64,000 bases of DNA from Camelus ferus (taxonomy: Eukaryota): NCBI RefSeq assembly GCF_009834535.1, contig NC_045697.1:99202001-99266000 (forward strand), written 5' to 3'. The notes below the pieces were generated by a model. The model searched no databases. It had not been told where the DNA came from and saw only the letters and a program-made list of their open reading frames with translations. Shown here piece by piece: positions 49,900 to 62,520 of this stretch. The first letter of the stretch is position 1, and each line of letters opens with the position of its first letter. Made by a program: the position numbers and the translations under genes.

Positions 49900-50985
49900 T
49901 TTCTACCAAGGTCTAGATCGTATCTCAAAGGTTCCTCAAACTTAATACAATCCAAATGGACTGCATGATCTTCATCCTCTGAATCTCAGCGACAGCAACC
50001 CCCACCATCAGTCTAGTTTCACAAGCCAGAAAGCAGGGCTCCATCCTGAAGCATCTTTCTCTCTCAGACTCTTTCTCTTTCAGAATTTTGCTAAAGCCCT
50101 TCCATTGTCACTTCTGGAATATATCTCAATCCCATTCACTTCCCTTTGTCTCAACATCCTATCACTCTATTCTATCAGCTTTCAAATTAGAGGACTTACG
50201 TCTACTTGCTCTATTAGTTCTCCCCTCTGTGGTCAGAAGGATGTTTTCACAATGCAGTGTGAGCATATCCCATTCCTGCTTAAAACTCCCCAGTGGCTTT
50301 CATGGCTCTCAGGACAGCCTTCTTATGACAGGCCTTGAAGCAATCTGACCCCGGTGTGTCTCCCAGCCTCATGCCACCCTGCTATCCTCTCTGCGGGGCC
50401 TCCTGGCACCTCCACTTCTCGCCATCTTCCTCCAGCCTTGGGGCCTCAAACACTATTTCTCCAAGGTGGAATGCCCTGCCCTCCGTCCCACCCCATCCTG
50501 CCTCATTTCCTGCTGCAGTGGTTCTCAGACTTCAGGGTCCTTCACAATCATCTGGAGGGCTAGGATAAAACCCAGAATGCCGGGCCCCACTCCCAGAGTT
50601 TTTGATTCAGTGGGTCTGGGGTGGGACCCGATCATCTGCAGTTCTAACAAGCCACCAGGTGATGCTGATGCTGCTGGTCCTGTAACTACACTGCCCTACT
50701 TACCTTCTCCTTGTTTTCTAGATCTCTGAGAAGCCTTCCCCGACTGTCCTGCCCTTTGCTAGGCTATACCTGTTCATGGCCACCTGTACACGTTCTTCCT
50801 AACACCTGCCTTCATCCTGGGCTGTAATTATGTATCTGTGTAGTTATTTCACTAATGTCTATCTTTGTGTTAGACTCCTGGGCATGAGGTTAGGGACCAT
50901 CTCTGTTTTGTTCAGCATCCTGTCCCCATCGACTACTGAGTACCTGGCACATAGTGTGTGCTCAATAAATATTTGCTAAGTGTAG
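49900..50985 (+). mobile_element. L2 3' region, split by MER5A
   Basis: 'cctcaaacttaatacaatccaaatgg', 'cattcctgcttaaaactccccagtggctt', tail 'gtacctggcacatagtgtgtgctcaataaatatttg'. Confidence 0.8.
50516..50693 (-). mobile_element. MER5A
   Basis: 'cagtggttctcagac...gggccccactcccagagtttttgattcagtgggtctggggtggg...ttctaacaagccaccaggtgatgctgatgctgctggtcc'. Confidence 0.9.
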
Positions 50986-51020
50986 ACTAATCTCTTCTAT
51001 GGTGTTTCCTTTAGTTATCC

Positions 51021-51548
51021 TGTGCTGGTTAATTTTCTCTGTTGACTTGACTGGCCTACTTGACTGGCCTAAGGGACTCCCAGATAGTTGATAAAACATT
51101 ATTTCTGGGTGTGTCCGTGAAGGTGTTTCCAGATGAGATTAGCATTTGAAACAGTAGACTGAGTAAAGAAGATCCCTCTTACCAATTTGGGTGGGCATCA
51201 TCCAACCCACTGAGGGTCAGAATAGAACAATAATGTGGAGGAAGGGCCAATTCGCCCTCTCTGTTTTAGCTGGGACATCCATCTCTCCTGCCCTTGGACT
51301 TGGCACTCCTGGTTCTCGGGCCTTGGACTCCGACTGGGACTCAGACCATCAGCCCCCCTGATTCTCAGGCCTTGAGACTGGGACTGAATAACACCACCAG
51401 CTTTCCTGGTTGGCCAGTTTACAGATGGCAGATTGTGGGGCTTCCCGGCCTTCATAACCACGTGAACCAATTCCTATAATGGATCTCCTCTTATATCTGA
51501 AACAGTATCTATATCCTCTTGATTCTTTTCTCTGGAGAACCCTAATGC
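51021..51548 (+). mobile_element. MLT2B-type ERVL solo LTR
   Basis: 'tgtgctggttaatttt...aacattatttctgggtgtgtccgtgaaggtgtttccagatgagattagcatttgaa', 'cagatggcagattgtggggcttc', 'tctctggagaaccctaa'. Confidence 0.92.
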
Positions 51549-51859
51549 CTATGCATGACGATTTTACTTGCAAGGAGCCTATCTCACTTCACAGTTGATA
51601 GACTCTAGAGCGTCCCTAGAGTAGGAAAAGCATCAAATAGTGCTGAATGCCAGTAATACCTGACCAATGTCAGAACCAGAGAAGCTGTTTACAAAAGCTA
51701 CTAGTGCTTTTGTGAGGCCCACTTCCTTGTGACTGAATTAGGCAGCTACCCAGCTATACTGCATGAATGATGGCAATCAGCTCCCACCAGGGCCTCCTCC
51801 AAGGCCAGGGAGAAACCCTGCAGAGAAAGGTGCAGACCCAGCGTCCCTTTGGTTTCCTG

Positions 51860-52660
51860 GTTAAGAAGGGCCTCCAGTCTTGGTTTCCTATTAGCAAAAC
51901 AGGGATAATGATAGTACTTAAACCTCATAAGGTTGCTAGGATGACCCAGTGGGATGTCATATGGAAACAACGTGGTGTAGTGCCCAGAATATAGCAAATA
52001 CTCAAATATGTTAGCTGTTATTACGGGTTGGTATTAAAGTAGCCTTGGCAATCTGGGTCTTTTAGGACTCATCTAATTTCAAATATTCTGTCCCCAGGTC
52101 ACATTTCTTAACATTTTTGGTCTGGAAAACATGGTTGCACATATCTTAATATTCATATATTATCCTATATTTGACCAAATTCAGCCAGTGTGTGTTAATG
52201 ACTACTGTATGAGGTCATCTGGTTTGGCATCTGTCAGAGGCATTCACAGGTGAGTAACAATCTGATGGGGGAGAGAAACATAAATAACCAGCTCAAATGT
52301 AAGGCAGAATGAAATAAACAAGAGATGAGGGCACCTATAAAAGTCTGCAGGTAAGGAAAGGGAAGTCAGATCATGTCTGACTGAGGCGGTGTCTGACTGG
52401 ACCTGGAAAGCAGAGAGTGATCTTGATGAGCAAAGAAGCAGGGCGTTTCAGGTCATTCCAAGCCAAGGGAATGTAATTGGCTGAGGCTCTGACTCCCTTA
52501 AGTGCATGGCTGACTCAGGGTAAAGGGAAAAAAACAGAATGCCTGCAGAGATGAGAGATACTGAGAGGGAGAGGAAGCTGGAAAGGCATTTGGGGTCAGA
52601 TTTTGTACAACATAATGCTAAGAAGTTAGCATTTTGTTCCATGGGTAACGTGGTTCCAAC
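51860..52660. mobile_element. MIR (+) followed by an L2 (-) fragment
   Basis: 'aaacagggataatgatagtacttaaacctcataaggttgctaggatg'; L2 antisense 'ccaagggaatgtaattggctgaggc', 'ataatgctaagaagttagcattttgttcc'. Confidence 0.6.
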
Positions 52661-53759
52661 TGCCTCCCCTATATGACACTGCCTTTGTGGGTTACATATT
52701 TTCTCAGGTTTGGCTTAGACAGGTAGACAGGTGTGATGTCTCTAATCCTTTGATCGGCTGGATTTACAAGGCTAGCCCTCCATTTGCCTTTACTTTTGGG
52801 ATATTTTCTCTCAGTTGAGCCATACTGCCAACAGGTAAGTGGTCACAGGTAGTAATTATGACTTTATTTTCTAACCACTCAAGTGTTCTCAGAGAGATGA
52901 TTAATTATGAAAGCAAGATTAGCCCAAATATCTAGATGTAATTAGGTAGCTTTCTTACTCAGGTCTCTCTCCACTCTAACTCTACTGAGATGTGAAGACT
53001 TCCTTCAACTGATTCTTGGTTCTTCACATTTTCCCACTTTGTCAAAATTAGGGGACACGCACGGTCCTCTTCCATAGCTGTCTTCTCACGTGTCAGAGAA
53101 CCAGCTCATTTCCTTCTGTTTTGACACCCCTGGTAAGAGACGATTCTGATGACTTGGGCTTTCTCATTTGGTCCCTGGAGCTGTGCTCAACACTCCAGTG
53201 CCCGAACTTTCTCCCTCTCTCTCATCCCTAGGGTAACAGAGAAATTGCCTTCTTTCCAGCCACATGAGAGGAAGGTAGCTATGACACCTGCCTCCCAGTC
53301 AGCAGTGAATCTCTGACCTGCCATTTTTCTGATCAGGAAAGTTTGTCAGTCACTTCACCAACTTGTTTTAAGAACCTGGCAAGAAGCAACCATTACACAA
53401 ACGGCACAGAGATCTCTGCTTTTCTTTGAAAGAGACTGCTTTTGAAAGGACGCAAAATTGCAAAATCATCAGCTTCTATCAAGTATAACTACAGGTTAAG
53501 TGTGTTCTAAGTAAAGGAGAAAATTAAAGAGAAACATAAAGTAGTTTTAAGGCTAACACTGAGCTATCCTGTCACTATTTCACTGGGAATTTAGGCTGAC
53601 GAGAGAAAGTATTTCTCCCATAGTCATGATTCTCTCTAGGTTATTTCTTAAAACCTTTTTCTCCAGATTTTGTTACAGAAAAAAATCCTAACACCTATCC
53701 TCCATTTCACTAAACCAAAAATCCAATTTCAAGTTGTTCACATTCTCAATCTTCTTAAA

Positions 53760-54250
53760 ATACGGGGATCGATCATATGTAGTTTTATATTCTACCTTTT
53801 GTCATTTATTCTGTCATGGCCGTTACCCCATGTTATTAAATATACTTCTAAAATAACAGCTTTGAAATATTCAGTTGAATGGACCACAATTTATTTAAGC
53901 AATCCTCTACATTTGGTCATATAGTGCTTCCCCCCTCCCAGTTTTCATCACTATAAATAATGCTGCTGTGAACAGCCTTTTATTCAGATACATGTACATA
54001 TACATATGTTGTTGATCACATCTCTGATTACGTTCTTTGGATAAATTTAAGTAGAACTGCTGGATCAGGGGACAGGAGTACCTCTGAGAACTTCTCTATC
54101 TACTGCCCACTTCTATGCCCACTTCCCATGTGTAAAATGTTTGGTGACACTGCTTAAAGGTTCCTATGAGAATATCCACTGTCAAAGCAGCAACTTCTGT
54201 TATCACAGCAAATCTACTGTTAACATTATAGGAATGCATTATTTTGTTTG
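53760..54250 (-). mobile_element. Old L1 (L1ME-type) fragment
   Basis: 'gaatggaccacaatttatttaagcaatcc', 'ctataaataatgctgctgtgaacagcc', 'agtagaactgctggatca'. Confidence 0.75.
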
Positions 54251-54439
54251 CTTGACTGGAGCTGATCACTGAATTTCAGTTTAGTTAATTAGATGAACTA
54301 TATCTACTGCAAAGGTTGTCAAATACATGTATTAGGCAACTTAAGAAAGCAGGGCCCAGCTGCAAGGCATGTCTTTCTACCACACATCAACCAGGAGAAC
54401 AGAAGAGGCTTTCAGCAGGAGACTTAGGGAACTTGGCCT

Positions 54440-54650
54440 GGCTGTTAGAACCCACCCTTTCTGAGTTCAAAGCCTGACTCTGTATCCTGGTAGCTGCAGC
54501 GCTGTGAGCCAGGCTCATTTTCCTCATCTGTGTAGTGTGGATAATAGCACTAAATTCAAACAATGCACGAGGATCAAGTGTAATAAAAACACTTATCACA
54601 GTACCAGGTGAATTGTAAGCATCCGGGAAGTACTTATTTTTCAAAATTAT
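54440..54650 (+). mobile_element. MIR
   Basis: 'ctgagttcaaagcctgactctg', 'ctcattttcctcatctgtgtagtgtggataatagc'. Confidence 0.7.
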
Positions 54651-56132
54651 TAATTCCATGTTCACAGTTACCCATGGAACATTAACGTTTGGAGAGCAGA
54701 TGAAACCAGAAATAAACCATCTATTTGGGACCCAAAGTTGCTAGAGTTCACACAGCTTCCATAGTCCTTTGTGTTGGTAAGGCAATAGAAAGTCAGGATC
54801 ATCTTCATCATCATGGTGGCAAATAAGGGGTCGGGGGCCCTAGAGACAAGACAAAAAGAACAGCTGCTGGGCTATGCCTCCTACTCTGAGCTTATTGCTG
54901 AGTTTCTAGTGTGAGTCCTGGGCCTCAGGCCTCCTGCCAGCCCCACTCTGCCTTTCTGGGCAACAGGTTTCCTGGAGGAAGACTTGAGCCTCATGCTTTT
55001 GAGTCTCAGGAGTCCCCTTCCTGGCCCTAGACATATGGGCAGGGCGTTTCTGCCAGGGTAAGTATTGTCCACACTTAAGCACAGCATCTGCTCCATCAGA
55101 AATCCATTCCTTCCTTTTGCTGACCACAAACAGAAAGAAAGCAGCCACAGAAGGACACACAGACATCATGATTTGGGCAGGATGGCTGCCTGTGCTGGGG
55201 AGCATGGACCCCCTTCAGTGATCTGCTCCACTCTCAAACCCTAATCAGGAAGGAAGCCAGGAATCCTAATCTCAGTCCCCATTAAAGAGTGGAAAGGCTA
55301 ATCAAATCTCTATCTGCTTTGCTTTTCAACCAAATCGATGACATCACATCATCTTTACAGGGATGCAGGAAGCATAGCACTGACTCTGAAGAACAGAAGA
55401 AATGCTTGTCTATTCTCTCTCCCGGGAGTGCTCCAAAATTGGAGGGAGGTGGGGTGTGTGTGTGGGTGTTTGCCTTGATCCTTCCTATTTACCTGTGTGT
55501 AGAACATACGTAGGAAGGAAAAAAAACCCATAATTTTTAAATGAATAAAATGGACCAAACATGGGGGACACTTGGATATTCTGTAGTTTTGTCTTTGGGT
55601 ATTAAGGAACTCACAACACTGGTTTAGTCCTTCTTAGAACATCAATAAATAATTCCTCATCAACCAGGTCAGACATTTTAATAACTGTACCTTGTGATTC
55701 TGTGACGATGACCATTGTCAGGAAGAGATAAGCTCATGCTGCAGGTTACATGATGAACCACTGGCCAAAGCAGAAAAGGAAGCCAGAACTCTAGCTGGGA
55801 ATCCTGAACTGAACTGGGACTCTAAAGGGAGGGCCTTAACCATGTCGCCCACCTTCTACCCTGCACTCTTTCACAGACACACACACAGAGAACCACTGGG
55901 CATGGCAGCCCAGGCTGGTGCAGCAAAGAAACCCAGCTGTGGTGGCTGCCACTCATGTCACACCTCTCGTGGGTCTGCAGCTTCATGTGTCTGCGGGTGA
56001 GTGATGGCCTCACCTGTCCCTTGTGTTTGGTGTGGGCCTGCTCTGGTGGGAGGTGGCTCCACAGGCGTGGGATTTTTAAGGTATCCGCAGCTCATAAACC
56101 CCTTGCCTGGACAGGACCTACCTGCTAGCCTG

Positions 56133-56489
56133 TGTTAAATTAATTAAACAAAGACACCACTAGATTGAGGTGTTCTAATACCTTAGCAACCAATGTAAGC
56201 AAACCCAAACCCAAGCCTTAATGCTTTGAGATGAAGAAACTCAAACCTCAGGACAACCAATTACAGCCAGCCAAGTATACTGTCCCAAATAAGGCAAACG
56301 TAGAAGCTATAGCCAATCAAGTAATCTTCTTGTTTTGCTTCTGTCTTTTCTCTAGAAGAGTCCTCCCCCAGCTCCTGTCGGGGAGCCCTCCTCACCACTT
56401 CTGATTTGGCGCTTCCTGATTTGAATCCACTTTAGCTCAAATAAACTTTTACACATTTTAATATGCCTCAGTTTTAATACCTTTCAACA
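56133..56489 (+). mobile_element. ERV1-class solo LTR
   Basis: TG...CA ends ('tgttaaattaatt', 'tttcaaca'); 'cccaaataaggcaaacg...tagccaatcaag'; AATAAA near the 3' end; imperfect 4-bp TSD cctg/cctc. Confidence 0.8.
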
Positions 56490-56725
56490 CCTCCTTCACC
56501 CTGCTCTACTTCTAAGTTTTCCACAGCACTTACAATGAACATACTGTATAATTTACACTTATTTATTATGTTTAATGTCTGCTAGAACGTAAGCTGCACA
56601 AGGGCAGGAATCTTTATCTTTTTCATATACGGATATATTTTAAACACCTAGAAATTGTAAGCACCTAGAAGAGGGGCTGGCACACAACAGGGACTAAATA
56701 AACAGGTGTTTATTGAATCAATGTT
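56490..56725 (+). mobile_element. L2 3' end
   Basis: 'ctagaacgtaagctgcacaagggcaggaatcttt', 'ctggcacacaacagggactaaataaac'. Confidence 0.75.
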
Positions 56726-58199
56726 TATTTGCCATTAGAATCTAATTGCAACTGAGATTCTAGTTAGGCAATTGCCAAGTCTGCAGGCCAAGACCTGTTC
56801 ATCTATTTGAAATATGTACTCCCATCCTCCACCCCTCAGGCTCCAAGCTGCTCCTGGTGTCCACAAAGCAGTGAGCTCTGACACTGCCAAACAATCACTG
56901 TCACTTGATAAAATTGAGGAGGAAGTAAAATATTTACTGAAGCAGAAACTCTGGGGGGCAGTAGCCCGAGTTGTTTTCACTTAACTACTGACATCCATTG
57001 ACATGCCACCCTCATCTTGGTATTTATTTCAGAAGCAAAACAAGCCAGTGTAACAGTTTGATCTGTGATTCAAAAATATTCAAGATTTTTGTTAAATCTG
57101 CAAATTGTTTATATTGCTACTAACTCAAATGAGAAAAGAACCTTGCTTAAATGGCTTTCCATCCTTAGATGGCTTCATGCCTTTGTTTTCAGTAAATGTT
57201 TGAGAACGAGCTTGAAAGTAGTCAAGAGAATAGAGACTAAAAAATAAAATTATACGGAAGCTGGGTATCTCTAAGGTTCTCCCAGTTCCTGAGAGGTAGT
57301 ATTAGGGCAAATATATAATTTTTGCCCAAACCAAGATTAAGTGGCATCAACTGGATTTCTTGGGCAGATTCTACATATGGTTATCTGAGCTATAATCAGC
57401 TTCTGTCACATTAGAAGATGGGAAAGGGCCAGCAAAGATTCGTGCATCTGAAATGTCAAAGCACTGGGGTTTGCATCCTCCTCAGTTTGAATTCAGGGGT
57501 CACAGATGTTGATCAAAATATTCATACTGCCAATTTACACTAATTTCACTAGTTTGTAAGTATCAGGCAAGACTGTTCAATAAATGACCTAGCAAATTAA
57601 TCTATTTCTCCCCATTAGTTTCTGACTCTTTAGCATGACAATATCAGATATCCTGTTAAAGCAAAGGCCGTTCACGCTGTGTAACTGACGCGTTCTGATT
57701 CCTCCTCGGAGACGCATCTGTCTCCTTATCACCCCTCCCCGCCCGCAGCCCCCTTCTTCGCTCCAGCCAGGCCCCTATTTTTCAGTTCTTGCAGTACAAT
57801 CAGAGTAAGTGAAAGAAGACCCTGATTTTCCAGAGGGACCAGGCAGTCTGAAAAGGTACGTCTTCAACATCATTAGCAGTTCATCTTCTAAAACCTCAGG
57901 GCAGCCCCTAGGCAGCCCCTCCTGCAATCCCCCTCCTCGCTCTGCCCGCCACCCCTCTCTTTTGGTGTCGGCTTATCAAATTAATGAAGCCTATCTCGAC
58001 AGGAGGAAGTTGGAGTAGAAGACAGTGGCTTAAGAGCAATTCAATGCAAGCCCCTCCCTCCCTTCAAAAAAATAATGGGGGAAAAATCAAATTTCTTTCT
58101 CTTAGGAGGTAAAGAGAAAGGGGAAATGGTATTGGGGGGTGGGGTGGGGGTTGTTGCGATTGTCTCCGAGTTCCTGATGGAGGAGATGTCTATTTACTT

Positions 58200-58560
58200 T
58201 CCCCGACTGAACATTTGCATGTTAAAAAGGCGCAGTTCCTTTGTGGGCAGGATTTATCTGGGCCGCGTTTCCCACTTGACAGAGCAGAGTGCAGGGTGAC
58301 GACTCCAAGTGAAGGATAAAGCAACTTCCTGCGACCTCCCCTCTCCTCGTTTTATAAGACAGTCCCCTGTCTCACACAGAGGATCTGGGAGACCAGGGTG
58401 AGATTTCCGCGACACCGGGCAGAGGGCTGGCGGCGGCAGAGAGCAGACCCCCACCTTCGGCCGCGGGCAGCGTGGGCTGCAGGCTCCCGGCGCAGAATGT
58501 GCCTTTAGCGAGCGCCTCGCACTCCCCCAGATCCGGGGAGGCAGTTTTCAGCGCGAGGTA
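58200..58560 (-). promoter_or_regulatory. Small CpG-rich island with TATA, ETS, GATA and octamer motifs; candidate promoter
   Basis: About 17 CpG in 58381-58560 (hand count); minus-strand TATAAAA at 58356-58350; ACTTCCTG at about 58325; ATTTGCAT at 58213-58220. Confidence 0.5.
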
Positions 58561-61399
58561 CAAAACACATCAACATCTCTCACCACGTCACTGACCTAAA
58601 TATAGACAATGACTTCAAGGGGGAAAAAAAAGTTGCACATTCTTTTCTACCTGCAAATGCGGCAGAGCTCTTCAAACAAGCACTGGCAATGAGGAACAAT
58701 AGATCACCAGTCAGATGTGAAGGGAGAAGGGGAGAGACGGGTGTTCTAGAATGATTGCTGTGATAAGGCCATTACAGTTGCTCAGCTTAACATCAATCCT
58801 CATTTGTAACCCGGGGTCCTGTGTTGCTTTGGGAGTGGTTTTGTGTCCCTGCCAGCTTTTCCACAGGAGCCCTGCCAGAGAAGGGAACCATGTGCCCCAG
58901 GTCTCCCTGGTTAAAGGAGTCTGGTCTCTTCACTGTGTAGGGCAGGTCTCTGATTCAAAGAAAGGGGCCGCTTGATGGGGAAGCCATTTCCTTCCCTTCC
59001 TGTCTGAGAAGAATACATGCTGTCAGTTTCTTTGTTGCTTTTGAGCAGCTCCCCCAGAAGCCCCTTTTAGCCATCCCCAATCTTTGCCTTTCACTTTAGC
59101 ATCCCAAGTGAATGCCCTCTTCCCCATCATTTTAGGCAAAACCTTACTAAGGACTTGGGAAAGCCGGCGTGGGGTAGCTGACTTGGTTATACCACTAGGG
59201 GTGTCAGGAAAGGTTACTTTTCCCTCACAGGATGAACCTGCATTGGGTAGAGTCTTTTAATGCCATGTTCATAAGAGTGCTTACCTTTTTATTAACTTGG
59301 GGATTATTCACCTGCTAGGTGAACAGAAGGGCCATATTAGAAACTTTTATGAACACGAATCCCATAACTAGGGGCCTTGGGAAAGATATCTGAACAAAAC
59401 ATTAAGTATGGATAGAACAGTGTCGTCAGCAATTAGCGTACAATTGTGGGCAATCAATCACTAAAGAGAAGTCACGTGTCTCTCCCATATTTCTACGGGT
59501 CTTCCTGTTCACTCAGGCAACTATCTGCATAAGAACAGCCTGTGTGGAGGCTCCCTGAGTGTAACATAATTGCCTGCTGTTAGGGAACCAGCAAGCCACT
59601 TCGGGCTTAAGCCATCCACAAGTCTGGTATTTCAGTATTTGGCTGATAAACAAACTCCTGCTCTTTTGCGTTAGCAAAGCATCCAAACCTGCAGCCATCA
59701 GTTTGTTTCTTCAGAGAATATATACATGTCTTTGTTGGAACATGTTACACCTTCATAAAAAGAGCCCTATCCCTTGGGAAATAATGGGAACTACCAAAAC
59801 ACATCTCACACAAGAGAATTTAAGGATACAAAAGACAGGACTACAAATGAAATAAAATAAAAAACGTGGAAGAATCCCAACAAGAGTGGAGGACAAAAAG
59901 AAAGTAAGCCAGAAGCTCTAATTAAAAACAATAACAATGAAGAAAGAAAAGGTTTTGTCCACAGCAGACCTGTATCTGCCCAAGGTTACTACAGTCTCTG
60001 CACATGATAGTCTGGGTATCAACATCTCTGTGGCTTCCCTGGCATGATGAATCCTCTGCTGCTTGCTGCTTTTCTCAAAAATAAGACTGATCGAGAAGAG
60101 GGCATGGAAAATAGGGAGCTACATGTTCTCAGAATGAAAGACACCTGGAAGGTGATGGAAAAATGGCTCTGGACTTCAAATACCAGTGTTGGGTTATCAC
60201 AACCAGAACAGGAATCTAGGTGCTCTGTGATTTGTAAAAGATTCCCAGCGATGCCCTTCAGGAACAAAGCTTGACTGCTGGTGGTTTCTAAAAAGAACTG
60301 GGTTCAGGTGAAGGTACTGAGAGATACACAATAACAGGGAGGTCTTCAGAAAATCTGCTTTTACTGGGTTTTGGCTTCCCTACATACAATGGCTTCCCTA
60401 CATTTCCCTTAGAAGTACACTGTGTAGGAGAGGTGCATGCAAATTAAAAATTACCAAGGACTAGAGGAAAAGAACAGACAATAATTTGGTCAAGAAGAAA
60501 TATGCCCAGAATCATTTTTTTCCAATCCAGTATCTTTGTTAATTAAGCATTTTCCAACCTCTGCTGAGAATACTAATGGTAATCTAACACTATACTACTC
60601 ATGACTAATAAAACATATTTATGAAATGGAAATATAATGTGCCTATTTCCAAAATGTGGTTATAAATGACTTACTGTAAGCCCCAATTTAAAATGGTTTG
60701 AGAAATGAGTCTTTAATAAAGAATTGATGAGAATGATGACTGCTGATAATAATTCTATTTGGTGATATTACATGGTTTGCTATGGCAATTTGAGCTGAGG
60801 TGATTGCCTCAAAAATTACTGCAAGTAACTAATATAGGGAAATTTAATTGATGATAAATATAGTGGTGGTATGTCAACTCTTGAAAAAGTGAGCATGTAA
60901 TTGAAGAATCCAGCATCGTCTTGTCTGCTGATGACAGTGCCATTACAGTGCTGTCAGAATGTTATTCGTCTGACGTCTCTGCACATAGTAGGGATTTAAA
61001 GGTGAGTGAATAAGCACCTACAATTATTCCTCAATGTGGAATCCTATACGCAATTATAGTTCATCATAAACCCATTAACATTTAGAAAAAACGATTATAG
61101 TATGGCTCAGAATAGAGCCATAATGGTGTTTGTAATCATCAGTTAAGTGGATGTTCAGCATGGTTAGAAAGCCCTGACACTAGGGCACGAGGATCGAGCC
61201 TGAGCTTTTTAACAGGAGGGAAGAAAACACTCAAGCAAACCATTGAAGCTCACTTCTTTTTTAGTGGTATTACTCCACTCATAGGTCGGGATGTCTTGAC
61301 TTGAGCAAAGCATTCGATGTAACTTCTTTCACTGTCCTTCTGAACAAAGAGAGTTAAGTCTACGAGGAGACCTACAGAGATATCGTATACACATATAAT

Positions 61400-62520
61400 C
61401 TTACTATAAACACTAGGCACTGTCTAAGACCATGGAAAGCCACAGAAAAAACAGAACCCTGTGCATCAAGGAGCTGAAAAGTCTAGAGGGCCCAAAAAAT
61501 GAACAAGCAGTTAAATGCAGAATAGTCAGTGATAAATGATGCAATGATTGCGTGGAACAGGTGCTTCAAGGAGATGGAAGTGGGCCAGAGAAGGCTTTGC
61601 AGAAGAGGCAATTCTCGCTCTCTCTTTTTTAAAGTGTATTTTAATTGCTGATTAATTATGGTCTTTATAACATCAAAACAAAAATAGACATGGGATGTTG
61701 GCTTCAAGGGTTAGTTATGGGGTGGAAACCTCTGGTGTACACCCCTTCATGGTCCTGACAGAGCTTAAGAGGTGGTTCTTTCACCAGAAGTCATTTTATT
61801 TTTGCTTTTACTCTTCTTAACTCTGTTCATTTGTGCGTGCATCTTTTTTTCTTCCAGTTTTATTGAGATACAATTGACATACAGCACTGTATGATATTAA
61901 GTTGTACAGCATAATGATTTGACTTACAGGTATTATGAAATGGTTACCATAAAAAGTCTAGTTAACATCCATCATCTCATATGGATACCAAAAAAAAAAA
62001 AAAGAGAGAGAAAAGGAAAAAAAGATTTTTTTTCCTTGCGATGAGAACTCTTGGGATCTACTCTCTTAACAACTTTCAAATTAACCACACTGCAGTGTTA
62101 ACTGGTCATCATGTTGTACATTACATCCCCAGTTCTTAAATATCTTATCACTGGAAGTTTGTACCATTTAATCACCTTCGTACAATCCTCTCCCATCCCT
62201 GTGACCTCACACCCACCTCCAGTCTGATCTAAGAGGTGATTCTTAACTTAAGCCTTAGAAGACAAGTAGAAGTTTATGAGTCAGAGAAAACATGGCCAGA
62301 ACCTTCCAGGCAGAGAACTAGACTGTGGAAGACAGGAAGAACATGTGTGTTTGAGGACCTGCAGACAATGTGCAGTGGTGGGGTGGGGGCGAGGGGAAGG
62401 AGATGAGACTGCTAAGGTTGACAGGAGGCAGGTAATGAAGTTGGATGACATATCACAGGGTCTGGATTCTCCTGTGTGCTGACGGACAACCCCTGAAGGA
62501 ATTTTACCCTCTTTTTATAT
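61400..62520 (-). mobile_element. L2 fragment, interrupted by later insertions
   Basis: 'ctaggcactgtctaagac', 'agagaaggctttgcagaagagg' ... resumes 'aacttaagccttagaagacaagtagaagttt', 'ccttccaggcagagaac'. Confidence 0.7.
61845..62229 (-). mobile_element. L1MA9-like 3' end
   Basis: 'cttccagttttattgagatacaattgacatacagcactgt', 'gatgagaactcttgggatctactctcttaacaactttcaaa', 'ctggaagtttgtacc'. Confidence 0.92.
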
